From Nitrospinota bacterium (lineage in GTDB: Bacteria > JADFOP01), in NCBI GenBank assembly GCA_022562795.1, contig JADFOP010000007.1, positions 50,120 through 70,119 on the forward strand: a stretch of 20,000 bases of DNA, written 5' to 3'. Position numbers and translations under genes: made by a program. The notes under the pieces are model-generated. The model had not been told where the DNA came from. It saw nothing but the letters and a program-made list of their open reading frames with translations, and made no database searches. Of the stretch, positions 8,101 to 15,821 are shown in pieces; positions within the stretch are counted from its first letter, which is position 1; every line of letters starts with the position of its first letter.

Positions 8101-9102
8101 GGCATCCCCAACAAAATCGGCCAAGTCCACCACAACCGGAATTGTTCCGAAGCGGGGGTGGGGCCTCTTTCGTAGAGCCCTCCACGCCCAGACCTCAAGG
8201 ATCACCGTCTGGAGGGCGCCATCCGAGCTCAAGAGGGCGAGGCCCGGCTTGTGCGCCATAAGGTCGCGGGCCGGAGTAGGCTGGTCATTCCACCTCACCT
8301 CGTCCTGGTGCTCCTCCAAGGAGAGATCGAGCAGACTGATACCGGGCAGGTCGGTGAATAAAGCAATCCGTTCACCCAGGCGGGCCAACTCTCCTTCCTC
8401 GTAAGCGCCGAAGGAGACCTGTTCTTCCATGAGCCGGCCGAAGGCAGGCCTAAGCCAGAATGCTTCCAGGGGATTAAAGGCGTGGATGCGGCTTAGGAAG
8501 GACTCCTCCAGGACGGCGGCGGCCTGCTGGGCCGCCTCAAACTGACGGGCGTCCAGGGCATTTACCACCGCGCGGTAGCGCAGAGCGTTGGTCCCCCACC
8601 CTCCTACAAAGACGGCCGCTATAAGCACAAACACGTACTTGAGTTTGATGACGGGGAAGAGGGTGCCGAGCAGGCCTCGGACAGCGAGGGGAATGCCGCG
8701 GGGTAGCGACTCAGCCTTGAGCTCCGCAGCCCAGAGGTGGCGAAACCAATCGAGCAAGGATTTCCAGAAGCCCAAGATGTTCGAGCCGACCACAGCAAGC
8801 AAGCCCGTCGGCTGGCTCGGCTTAAAGACCTCCTCCCGAACCTCCTCCATACGTCGAGCGAAGGCCTCCTCGCCCTCCTCATGATAGAGGGCTTTGAGCT
8901 CTTCTAAGAAGGAGCCTAGAGCGTTTCGCTGGGCGGGGTCGTCAGCCAGGTCGCCCAGCCCCGTAGCGGCAACCTCCTCGGCCAGGAACTTCTCCCAATT
9001 GGAGTGCGCCCACTCCCCTTTGAAGGCGACGACGAAGCCGTAGGCGGCCAGGCATACCGAGGGCCTGAATTGCGGGTCTAAAAATGCGAGGGCCTCATCC
9101 AC
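5146..9102 (-). CDS. Large protein: N-terminal TM segment, degenerate NACHT/STAND-like module, long HEAT (PBS-lyase type) array, C-terminal TPR
   Basis: GTG start with GAGGGAG RBS; TM FVLIAAVFVGGWG; IPVVVDLADF, NPLVM, SFREYF motifs; many L.D.D..VR..AA.ALG repeats; terminal AY.RSLALDP TPR. Confidence 0.85.
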   Translation of the reverse strand: MDEALAFLDPQFRPSVCLAAYGFVVAFKGEWAHSNWEKFLAEEVAATGLGDLADDPAQRNALGSFLEELKALYHEEGEEAFARRMEEVREEVFKPSQPTGLLAVVGSNILGFWKSLLDWFRHLWAAELKAESLPRGIPLAVRGLLGTLFPVIKLKYVFVLIAAVFVGGWGTNALRYRAVVNALDARQFEAAQQAAAVLEESFLSRIHAFNPLEAFWLRPAFGRLMEEQVSFGAYEEGELARLGERIALFTDLPGISLLDLSLEEHQDEVRWNDQPTPARDLMAHKPGLALLSSDGALQTVILEVWAWRALRKRPHPRFGTIPVVVDLADFVGDADDLANHIVATLRASSQSHGVEIPGRVVRQRAAEGGFLLVVTRLEASGDPIRTAEAVRSLISDVSWRNNRWWVGYRIEFARRSLRPSLSPLTEVWVAKFQEAELAGVVRDAIPQAPDAVVADLRRTPRVARALRNPLVMAMFLKQYRRNRTVPHRLGSFYRAVTLEALSSSRTEDEEGEALSPQAKEYLLGKLAETIGPRRETLPRFEAEAALAQTLKGRLKEPSVSVISKASKAMEVLLQTDLIVADSSATSWSSGYQVRFLLPSFREYFHATAVARRLPGAEREGKAEAELAPFLDDPAMQYAASFLVGLVEDATIIFDLLLARLRRAMSEEFPKASRRYLRLSARLLPSAMGVDGATVDELTEELVAQAREASFTSDRERALKVLGYVRNSAAHSALLEGLRDRDARVRRAAVVGLQRGGGAEAVGPLVAALKDKDPSVQAGAAAALALAPRDRVVPALDALMDGEAPALRTRVVTVLGQVGGRGATVALEKALADENRLVRRFAARALGKLARPESQAALSRLLKDSDVAVRAEAAHALGAMKASSAVAPLREALGDESLRVRQAAAEALGEVGTKDAVAAIGNALNGSSVLEQRGLAIALGRARSSEAQQTLQRLLANGAPVVQSAAVQALGRMSGPRSVEVLTEALQGMDVSVRREAAATLRRLRDRRAIPTLKGLLTDPDHLIRAEAVQGLGDLADHAARNSVAMCATDGDAEVRRVTAEALGRIGGDATDGVLARLVVDEVAEVRAAALGAYAARPDRAQEDLFIRALDDPDPGVRYSSAAALERYPSSKAIAALIAHAADPDPFARREIVRVLGLIGEERAVSVLLERLVEADPSIRAEAARSLKRVGPLALPALEAVLALEMPSDPVAEELYDVSVSLDAKINRRSPTQLAAVADRYVEHMQWRRALTLYKAALGLAETPGRKAKLHAAIGDVLKALGDSEAAREAYQRSLALDPYNRRAQEALEVTETARRQAP

Positions 9103-9150
9103 GGAGCGCTCCCTCGGCCATATTGGCAGATTGTGCCTTCAAGATGTAAA

Positions 9151-9178
9151 ACTATACAGGAAACCCGTTAAAATCCAA
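9151..9178 (-). promoter_or_regulatory. Possible sigma70 promoter for the HEAT protein gene (TTGGAT-N16-TATAGT)
   Basis: Near-consensus boxes in the AT-richer 107-nt gap upstream of 9102. Confidence 0.4.
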
Positions 9179-9209
9179 CGCAGTGGCTGGGTTCAGATAA
9201 CAAGAGCGC

Positions 9210-10058
9210 TCAGGCCGGCCGTTCGAGGAGGTAGAATGAACGTCGTACATCATCGAGGATAGTTGTAAAGCACTCGGTCACAGCATACCCGTCAATATTG
9301 ACATACTTTTCTAGAAGTAGCCCCACCCCACGTCGCCAGTCGTTCAGAACTTCCGGGTATTCTCTGTAAGGTGGTAGATCGAGCGGTATCTCCATCATAA
9401 GCCGAGTATCAGCCTTATCCAAGAAGGTCTCGGCCAACCGGGGAAGGCTGCCTTCATCGACGACCCTAGTGACCCAGGTCCCCTCCGGCGGCTTCGGACG
9501 CTCTCCCGCGAGACGGGCCTCAACACGCTTGGAGGTGAGGTCCCAGGAGACGAGAAGCCGCTCATTGGTCAAGAGATGGTCCTCACGACCCTCTGCCGAA
9601 TCGAAATAGTCGGCCTTGTAGGCCCGGCAGATAGCCCCTATGGCGGTGCAATGGAAGTGGGCCGTTCTGGCAAGGAGAGGAGCGAAGGTCCAGCCCATTC
9701 GGGTGAGACCCTGGGCGAGGACGTGGTCTTTCTGGGCCATCTTTAGCAGGCGTCCGAGGCCCAAATTGCGATGGCCGCGGCGCACCGCCAAGGCCACGCC
9801 GAAGAGGTAGGGCCCATCGCTGTCGGATGAGGAGACGGCCACGGCGAATGCGACGAGATTATCCCCTAAGAACCCACCAAGAACCAGGCCTCCGGTGCGG
9901 CTTATTTCGAGAAGCTCCTGTGGGTTGTAAGGTTTAGGGCGCCGCAGTATTTGGCGCTGGGTGGCCTCGACGGCCACCATTTCACTGTAACGAGTGAGGG
10001 TCTTGACCGAAGGGTCCAGGGTTCCCTCAAGATGGGAGACGGCCTCGACGCTCTCCAT
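9210..10058 (-). CDS. GNAT-family N-acyltransferase, divergent COG3375-like
   Basis: Acyl-CoA motif V...HRNLGLGRLLK..Q, WTF.PL, GA....Y..DYF, ERL...WDL.S, and a C-terminal EIP...WR segment. Confidence 0.8.
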   Translation of the reverse strand: MESVEAVSHLEGTLDPSVKTLTRYSEMVAVEATQRQILRRPKPYNPQELLEISRTGGLVLGGFLGDNLVAFAVAVSSSDSDGPYLFGVALAVRRGHRNLGLGRLLKMAQKDHVLAQGLTRMGWTFAPLLARTAHFHCTAIGAICRAYKADYFDSAEGREDHLLTNERLLVSWDLTSKRVEARLAGERPKPPEGTWVTRVVDEGSLPRLAETFLDKADTRLMMEIPLDLPPYREYPEVLNDWRRGVGLLLEKYVNIDGYAVTECFTTILDDVRRSFYLLERPA

Positions 10059-10072
10059 GATGCTCGCCTGGC

Positions 10073-11080
10073 TCAGGGGCTCGCGGCCACTTGCTTGGCC
10101 ATCAACGCCCGCGCGCGAGCTTCGACGAAGTCTATGACCGCCACTTCTAGCCGCTTGCCTGAGAGGGAATTAATCCGTGGGATTCCACCGGGGGAGATGA
10201 CGTTTATCTCGATGAGCTTATCCTCGATGACATCTATCCCGACGAAGTGGAGGCCGTCGGCCTGGAGCTTCGGCTTAAGGATGTCGATAATATCGAGGTC
10301 CACTGCCGTCACGTCACACTGCAGGAATGCGGCCCCCACGTGGATATTGGCCCGGATCTCGCCCTTCTTGGGGATTCGCCGCATGGCCCCCAGAACCTCG
10401 CCGTCGAGCAGCAAAATCCGCTTATCGCCCTGCCTGGCAGCGCTTAGAAACTCCTGGACGATGACGCTGTTTCTCTCCCGGTAGGGACGGAGATCGTCCA
10501 CATAGTAATGGAGCAGGGAGTCGAGGTTTTCCTCGTCGCGGGTGGAGACTTTGATGACGCCGTGGCCTCCGTGGCCGGCGTAAGGCTTCATAACCATATC
10601 CCCCCCGAACTCCTCTATGACCCGCCTGAGCCGTTTCGGGTCTCGGGAGACGTGGGTTTCGGGGATGACGTCGGGGAAGTTGAGGTTGTAGAGCTTATTC
10701 GAGGCTTTCACAACCCCCATAGGGTCGTTAATGAGGAATACCCGGTCCCGGAGGATCTGGAGGTGACCCGCCATCTCGAGGTTGAGCGGCGGATCTTTCC
10801 GCATGAAGATGACATCGAGGTCCTCAAGGGGTAGGGAGTCAGGGGCCTGAGAGAGCCATGCCTGCTCGACCGCTTCCCAATAAGCCTGCACCCCGAAGGC
10901 TCGGGGAACGGTTACCCGCCACATCCGGGCCATGACCCGGTTCGCCCGAACGTAGAGGTCGTGGGGCTCCAGAAAGAAAACACCATGGCCCCGTTCGTTG
11001 CACTCGGCCATGAGGGCCACGGTGGTCTCGAAACGGGGGTCGATCGATTCCAGGGGGTCCATGATGAAGGCAATTTCCAC
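10073..11080 (-). CDS. gshB: Glutathione synthetase-like ATP-grasp ligase
   Basis: FIMDPLESI...TT.ALM.E...RG, IFMRKDPP, NKLY, KP..GHGG.GV, QEFL....GDKRI, RANIHVG, FVGIDVI..LIEINVISP; GTG start. Confidence 0.88.
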   Translation of the reverse strand: MEIAFIMDPLESIDPRFETTVALMAECNERGHGVFFLEPHDLYVRANRVMARMWRVTVPRAFGVQAYWEAVEQAWLSQAPDSLPLEDLDVIFMRKDPPLNLEMAGHLQILRDRVFLINDPMGVVKASNKLYNLNFPDVIPETHVSRDPKRLRRVIEEFGGDMVMKPYAGHGGHGVIKVSTRDEENLDSLLHYYVDDLRPYRERNSVIVQEFLSAARQGDKRILLLDGEVLGAMRRIPKKGEIRANIHVGAAFLQCDVTAVDLDIIDILKPKLQADGLHFVGIDVIEDKLIEINVISPGGIPRINSLSGKRLEVAVIDFVEARARALMAKQVAASP

Positions 11081-11281
11081 GAGCAGGTTACCTCTCAGGC
11101 AGTAGAGGTATAAATAGCCGCACCTCTCAACTCCTTGAAATACATGGGAATAGTATTATCGGTGCGCTCAATACCTGTTGTGGTGTTCATGTTATTGCAC
11201 TAGAAAAGATAACATGTTTCAACGCTTATGGCAAATCCCGCCGGGCCTTTCAGGGCCCAACTATCTGGAATGAAAAGGCCC

Positions 11282-12079
11282 TCACCCTCCCCCGGGCTGA
11301 CTCAACTCATCCAGGAAGGTCTCCCAGGCGCTAAGGTAGTCCTCGCCGCCGACGAAGTAGGTGTCGTTGTGGCGTGCGCCCTCGATGGCGTAGAAGCGCT
11401 TGGGCTCGTTCGCCGCCTCAAAAAGCTCCCGTCCCTGGGCGAATGGGACAATCTCGTCGGCCGTGCCGTGGAGGACAAGCAGTGGGACGCGGAGCGCCCC
11501 TATTTTGGCCAAGGAATCATACTTGGTCGAGAGCAGGGAGCCCACCGGCAGCCACGGAAAGATGGCCCGGGCCATGGCTCGAATGCTCGTCATAGGGCTC
11601 TCGAGGATAAGCGCCGCCGGGGCACGGCGCCTGGCAAGCTCCACAGCCACAGCGGCGCCGACTGAGCGGCCGAAGTAGACCAGCCGAGAGGAATCCAAAT
11701 CAGGCCGGCTCATCAAATATGCCAAGGCTCCATCGGCGTCGGTGTAGGTCCCCTCCTCGCTCACCTCGCCCTGGCTGAGGCCGTACTCGCGATAGTCAAA
11801 GAGGAAGATGTTGACGTCGAGACGGTCGTGGAGGAGGCGGGCGTTGTGGAGTCGGTGGGAGATGTTGCCTGCGTTTCCGTGCATCCATAGAATGGTGGGG
11901 CGAGCGGCGCCGCCGCCCCCGGCCGGTATCCACCAGCCGTGGAGCTCCATCCCGTCAGAAGTGAGGAAGAAGACCTCCTCGAAGGCGAGTCCGTACTCGG
12001 CCGGGGTCGCCTCGATGTACTTATCGGGATAATAGATGAGGGTCTTTTCCAGGGGCCACACGCAACCTCCAAGAGCCAT
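11282..12079 (-). CDS. Alpha/beta hydrolase (ABHD13/Bem46-like), probably a lipoprotein with a longer N-terminus
   Basis: HGNAGN, DYREYG.S.G, nucleophile GRSVG, HGTADEIVP, GARHND; lipobox-like LGGC. Confidence 0.9.
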   Translation of the reverse strand: MALGGCVWPLEKTLIYYPDKYIEATPAEYGLAFEEVFFLTSDGMELHGWWIPAGGGGAARPTILWMHGNAGNISHRLHNARLLHDRLDVNIFLFDYREYGLSQGEVSEEGTYTDADGALAYLMSRPDLDSSRLVYFGRSVGAAVAVELARRRAPAALILESPMTSIRAMARAIFPWLPVGSLLSTKYDSLAKIGALRVPLLVLHGTADEIVPFAQGRELFEAANEPKRFYAIEGARHNDTYFVGGEDYLSAWETFLDELSQPGGG

Positions 12080-12159
12080 CGGAAGCGAAACGATGAAGAC
12101 GAGGGTTGGGACGCAAAGACGAAGGAGAAGGAATTGCGATGATGGGCTCAGGGCGCGCC

Positions 12160-13071
12160 CTACCTTAACTCATCGGGAGCCTCGCCGTCAGGCTGCTCCT
12201 CTACCCCTTCGCTCTCATCCTCCTCCACACGACCCAGAACAGCCATGTAGTCCTCCATCAGGCTGACCTCCAACAGGGCCTCCCGCTGGAGGTAAATCTC
12301 GCGGAGGTTCCGGACCATCCGCATCAGCATCTCCCGGTTCGTGGAAGGGCTTAGGTAGTCCTCCCGGAAAATGAAGCCCGCCTGGCGGCACAAAGCCGCG
12401 GAGTCTTCGCGGGTCAGGAGGCGACCGTTATGGAAAGGGTCGAAATAGACCCCTCCCTCTTCTGACCCGAAGCGGCAAAGGAAGTGGCCCGGCAGCCCGA
12501 TTCCCGCAAGAGGGAGCCCCAAGCGATGGCCGACGAGAAGACATAGGGCGCTCAACGTTATCGGGATTCCACGGCGACTATCCAGTACCTTGTGAAAGAA
12601 GCCGTTGTCCGGGTCGTAGTAGTCGGCTACGTTCCCTCGGAATCCTTCATCATCGAAAAGGGTTTTAACGAAGCCCTTGAACGCCTGCAGGGGGGGCTCG
12701 ACCCGGCCTGTCCGGCTCCGGACCGCCTCAGCCAGGCGCTCCAGCTCTCTGGTGTAGGGTGCGGTCACCAGGTCGGGGTCGCGAAAGCGGGCCAGACACC
12801 AAAGGCCCGCCTCCAGGTCCACCTCATCGCCACCGGTCTCCACGAGGCGAGCGAGATCCTCCACCGGGGCCCGCCGGGGAGCTAGGAAGGCAAGCTCCTC
12901 GATGCGCCGAGCCACCTCAGGAGCAGCCCGGCCGCTCGCGCCTCGAAGCTGGTCCAGGGCGGCCTGGTCAAGGGAGGCGAGGCTCATCTCCGCCCACGCC
13001 CGGGTCGAGGAGTCGGGGTCTTCCAGAAGCTTAAGGAGAGCCGAAAGCTCGCCATCGGTCATGGTCGGCAT
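12160..13071 (-). CDS. SirB1-family / transglutaminase-like (Transglut_core2) protein
   Basis: GFRGN..DYYDPDN....VL..RRGIPITLS, GIGLPGHFL, YFDPF..G, RM.RNL motifs. Confidence 0.88.
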   Translation of the reverse strand: MPTMTDGELSALLKLLEDPDSSTRAWAEMSLASLDQAALDQLRGASGRAAPEVARRIEELAFLAPRRAPVEDLARLVETGGDEVDLEAGLWCLARFRDPDLVTAPYTRELERLAEAVRSRTGRVEPPLQAFKGFVKTLFDDEGFRGNVADYYDPDNGFFHKVLDSRRGIPITLSALCLLVGHRLGLPLAGIGLPGHFLCRFGSEEGGVYFDPFHNGRLLTREDSAALCRQAGFIFREDYLSPSTNREMLMRMVRNLREIYLQREALLEVSLMEDYMAVLGRVEEDESEGVEEQPDGEAPDELR

Positions 13072-13073
13072 GG

Positions 13074-14984
13074 CTAGTTATGATCCTGGAGACACTTTGC
13101 CAGGGCGCCGGGAAGTTCTTCGAGGCTCTTAGCGAAGGAATACGTTCCCTTGCCTTCCCGGGCAAGTTTATCCACTTGGGTCCATTCCCTATACATCGCA
13201 GGGACTCTAAACTCGTAGTCCATGATGTAGCGTGCCGGGTCCTCGAGTCCGATGACGTGAAGCCGACTGTAGAGACGACATATCTCAAGTGGGCTTCCGC
13301 CGTGGGTCCAATCGCCGTCGCTCAACAGAATTCCAAGCTTTTTCGAATAGCCCTGCATCTCCTGAACCCCAATCAAGAGAGCGTCTCGAATATTCGTGTA
13401 GCCGACAGCCGAGAGGCTCAGGACCTCCTCCGCCACCTTCAGGGGCGACATGTGGGCCCGCAAGGGTTTTAGCAAATGGGCCTTCGTGTTGAAGACCACG
13501 ACCCCGAAGTGCTCACGAAAGTGGAGGGCGATGGTCGCGGCGGCCAGGGCCGCCATTGAGACCTTGATGCCCCGCATGGAAGATGAGTGGTCCAAGAAAA
13601 CCATGCAGGCGGTCTCTTCGGGCTTGCGCGCCAGCACCAGGATGTTCTCCTCCAGCTCCCCCGTGGGGTTATCGATAATGCGGGCCAGCGTTCCGTCGAT
13701 TTCCACCTCATCGCTCGCATTGATATCGTTGACCGCTTGGAGGGGGCCCGCCTTAAGGCCCAGGTTGGCGACCTGGCGGGCCATCTTCATGATGAGACGG
13801 CCCGCGTACTTGAGCGCGAGGTCCCTAAGCTCCTCATCGAGATCATCCTTAATGTAGCTGTAAAGGTCGAGGATGAGAGGGCTTTCCACAACGTCCCGGC
13901 CCAGATTCCGGTGGGCGCTGAGGTAGCGGCCAACATCGGCGGGATTCTCCTTCGCATCCCGCAACAAATTGCGGCTGAGCCGGGCCACCTCGTCGTCCTG
14001 GAAGAACTCCAGGTCCACATCGAACGGCAGATCCTGGCTCGGCAGTCGCTTGAGACGCTTCTCTTTCTCCTCCTCCTCCGGCTGGAACTCAGGCCTCCGC
14101 CGCGCCCCGTCGTCGTCGCCGCGTTCCACCTGATAGTAGAGGGCGAAGAAGAGCCGCTCGATAATCTCTTCCGGGGTCTTCTCGGAGGTCTCCCGGAGCC
14201 AAATGCGCCCGCTCATGGCGGAGAGCGCCGCGTCGAGGAGAACCTCGCCGACATCCCCTCCCACCTGCTCCAGGCGCACATGGGCAATCTCCAGCATGTC
14301 GATCGCCCCACGAAGGCTGGAGCCCTGCCTCACGTCGGGGTGCTCACGGGTGGCCCGAGCCAAGTCCACTGCCAGGGGAACCATATTTTGGATGGGCTCG
14401 GGGGCTAAGCTGAGGACGATCTCCTCCTCTTCGTGTTTCGACTGGTAGGAGAGCTCGACGCGGCAGAACCGGTCGTAAATCGCGCGACTGACCCTCTGGG
14501 TGCCCACATCATCGAGGGGGTTTTGGGCGCAAAGGACTCGGAAGGCCGGATGAGCCTCTACAAGGCCGTATCGAGGCACAACGAGACGCCCCTCGGACAA
14601 GACCGAGACGAAGACATTCGCCGTATCGGCAGGCATGCGGTTGAATTCCTCGATGTAAAGCAGGCCCCCCTCCATGGCTCGAACCAGGGGACCTTTCTCG
14701 AACGACTCGGGAGAGAAGCCACGACGAAAAACATCGGCAGGGGGGAAATGGCCCACTAGCTTACTCAAGGTGAGATCGATCCCACCCTCGACGAAGTAGA
14801 CCGGAAGACCACTGGCCCCGGCTATCGCCCTGAGCAACGTGGACTTGGCCGTCCCGGGAGCGCCTTCGAGGATTAGGTGGCGACCGGCGTTCAGGGCCGC
14901 CAAAATCTGCTCGATCTCTCCTCGTCGGCCTACCACCTTGCTCTCGACGGTGGACTGAAGAGCCTGGAAGCTGGGCGCCTGCAT
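13074..14984 (-). CDS. MoxR-type AAA+ ATPase fused to a C-terminal vWA domain
   Basis: Walker A GAPGTAKS, Walker B YIEEFNR, AQNP, DRF, SLRG; MIDAS DHSSSM...GYTN...SDGD. Start trimmed from 15107 to ATG 14984 (MQAP). Confidence 0.88.
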   Translation of the reverse strand: MQAPSFQALQSTVESKVVGRRGEIEQILAALNAGRHLILEGAPGTAKSTLLRAIAGASGLPVYFVEGGIDLTLSKLVGHFPPADVFRRGFSPESFEKGPLVRAMEGGLLYIEEFNRMPADTANVFVSVLSEGRLVVPRYGLVEAHPAFRVLCAQNPLDDVGTQRVSRAIYDRFCRVELSYQSKHEEEEIVLSLAPEPIQNMVPLAVDLARATREHPDVRQGSSLRGAIDMLEIAHVRLEQVGGDVGEVLLDAALSAMSGRIWLRETSEKTPEEIIERLFFALYYQVERGDDDGARRRPEFQPEEEEKEKRLKRLPSQDLPFDVDLEFFQDDEVARLSRNLLRDAKENPADVGRYLSAHRNLGRDVVESPLILDLYSYIKDDLDEELRDLALKYAGRLIMKMARQVANLGLKAGPLQAVNDINASDEVEIDGTLARIIDNPTGELEENILVLARKPEETACMVFLDHSSSMRGIKVSMAALAAATIALHFREHFGVVVFNTKAHLLKPLRAHMSPLKVAEEVLSLSAVGYTNIRDALLIGVQEMQGYSKKLGILLSDGDWTHGGSPLEICRLYSRLHVIGLEDPARYIMDYEFRVPAMYREWTQVDKLAREGKGTYSFAKSLEELPGALAKCLQDHN

Positions 14985-15196
14985 GGTGAGGTTCCCTGGA
15001 ACTTTCCGAACGAACTGGTAGCCGCTCTCCAACAGTATACGTACGGGCCGCCCAAAAGACAACGGCGTCGCATAGACCCTGGCCTTCCCGCCCTTGAAAT
15101 GGAACAAAAACCGCCTGAGATTTGTTTATAAAGGAGGACCCAAGGATCACCCTTCTTAAGCAGCAGAGGGGTCTAGGTAATATGGAGGATACTGGT

Positions 15197-15751
15197 ATGG
15201 GTTCTAGACGATTCCTCACAATATCGGCCGCCCTGGGCGCGGCCCTCCTCCTGGCGGTTTCCCTGGCAGGCGCCAGCGGGCAGGCCCGCCTGACCCAGCT
15301 CCTCTCGCCCCGGGTCGCTAAGGAGTTTCTTATGACTGTGGATTGGGGGCGCTACGAGGCCACACAGATCAACATCGCCGAAGATACCGCCTGGGAGGAC
15401 CCCGCCATTTACCTCGACCTCAAGGGCGACGCATGGACGGTTGAGTTTCCCAACGACAGATTCTTGTCCCATACTCGATTCTTCCTTGGCGACATCGCCG
15501 ACCCACGGCCCGTGAAGGGCGACCTCCAGAAGGCGGCCCTCAAACTTCTGGAGCGCGACCTCGTCTACGTCTTCCGGGTCCGCCTTGGGAAGTCTGAGGG
15601 TCCAGACCAGGCCATAATTCTGACACCATACACCATTCATGCCTTCACGCTCGGAGACACCATCCGTATCAAGCTCGACGACAACGGCCTGCAGACCCGG
15701 GAAGGGGACCTCACCGGCGGCGACGATAAGGGCGGTCCCTCCGGCCGATAG
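15197..15751 (+). CDS. Secreted hypothetical protein
   Basis: GGAGG RBS before ATG 15197 (15182 is an alternative start); RR, hydrophobic stretch and A-x-G/A signal peptide; host-like GC3 bias. Confidence 0.7.
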   Translation: MGSRRFLTISAALGAALLLAVSLAGASGQARLTQLLSPRVAKEFLMTVDWGRYEATQINIAEDTAWEDPAIYLDLKGDAWTVEFPNDRFLSHTRFFLGDIADPRPVKGDLQKAALKLLERDLVYVFRVRLGKSEGPDQAIILTPYTIHAFTLGDTIRIKLDDNGLQTREGDLTGGDDKGGPSGR

Positions 15752-15821
15752 GGCGAGAACCTACCAGACCCGATAAATCCACCCGCCATCCATTGAGGAA
15801 AGGTGCGAGGATACTTCTCCC

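Noticed and set aside
13587-14408. 273-aa antisense ORF and similar shadow ORFs (1913..2593, 16245..16814, 7642..8175, 9951..10484)
   Set aside because: They lie opposite well-supported genes, have no recognisable motifs and are expected in high-GC DNA.
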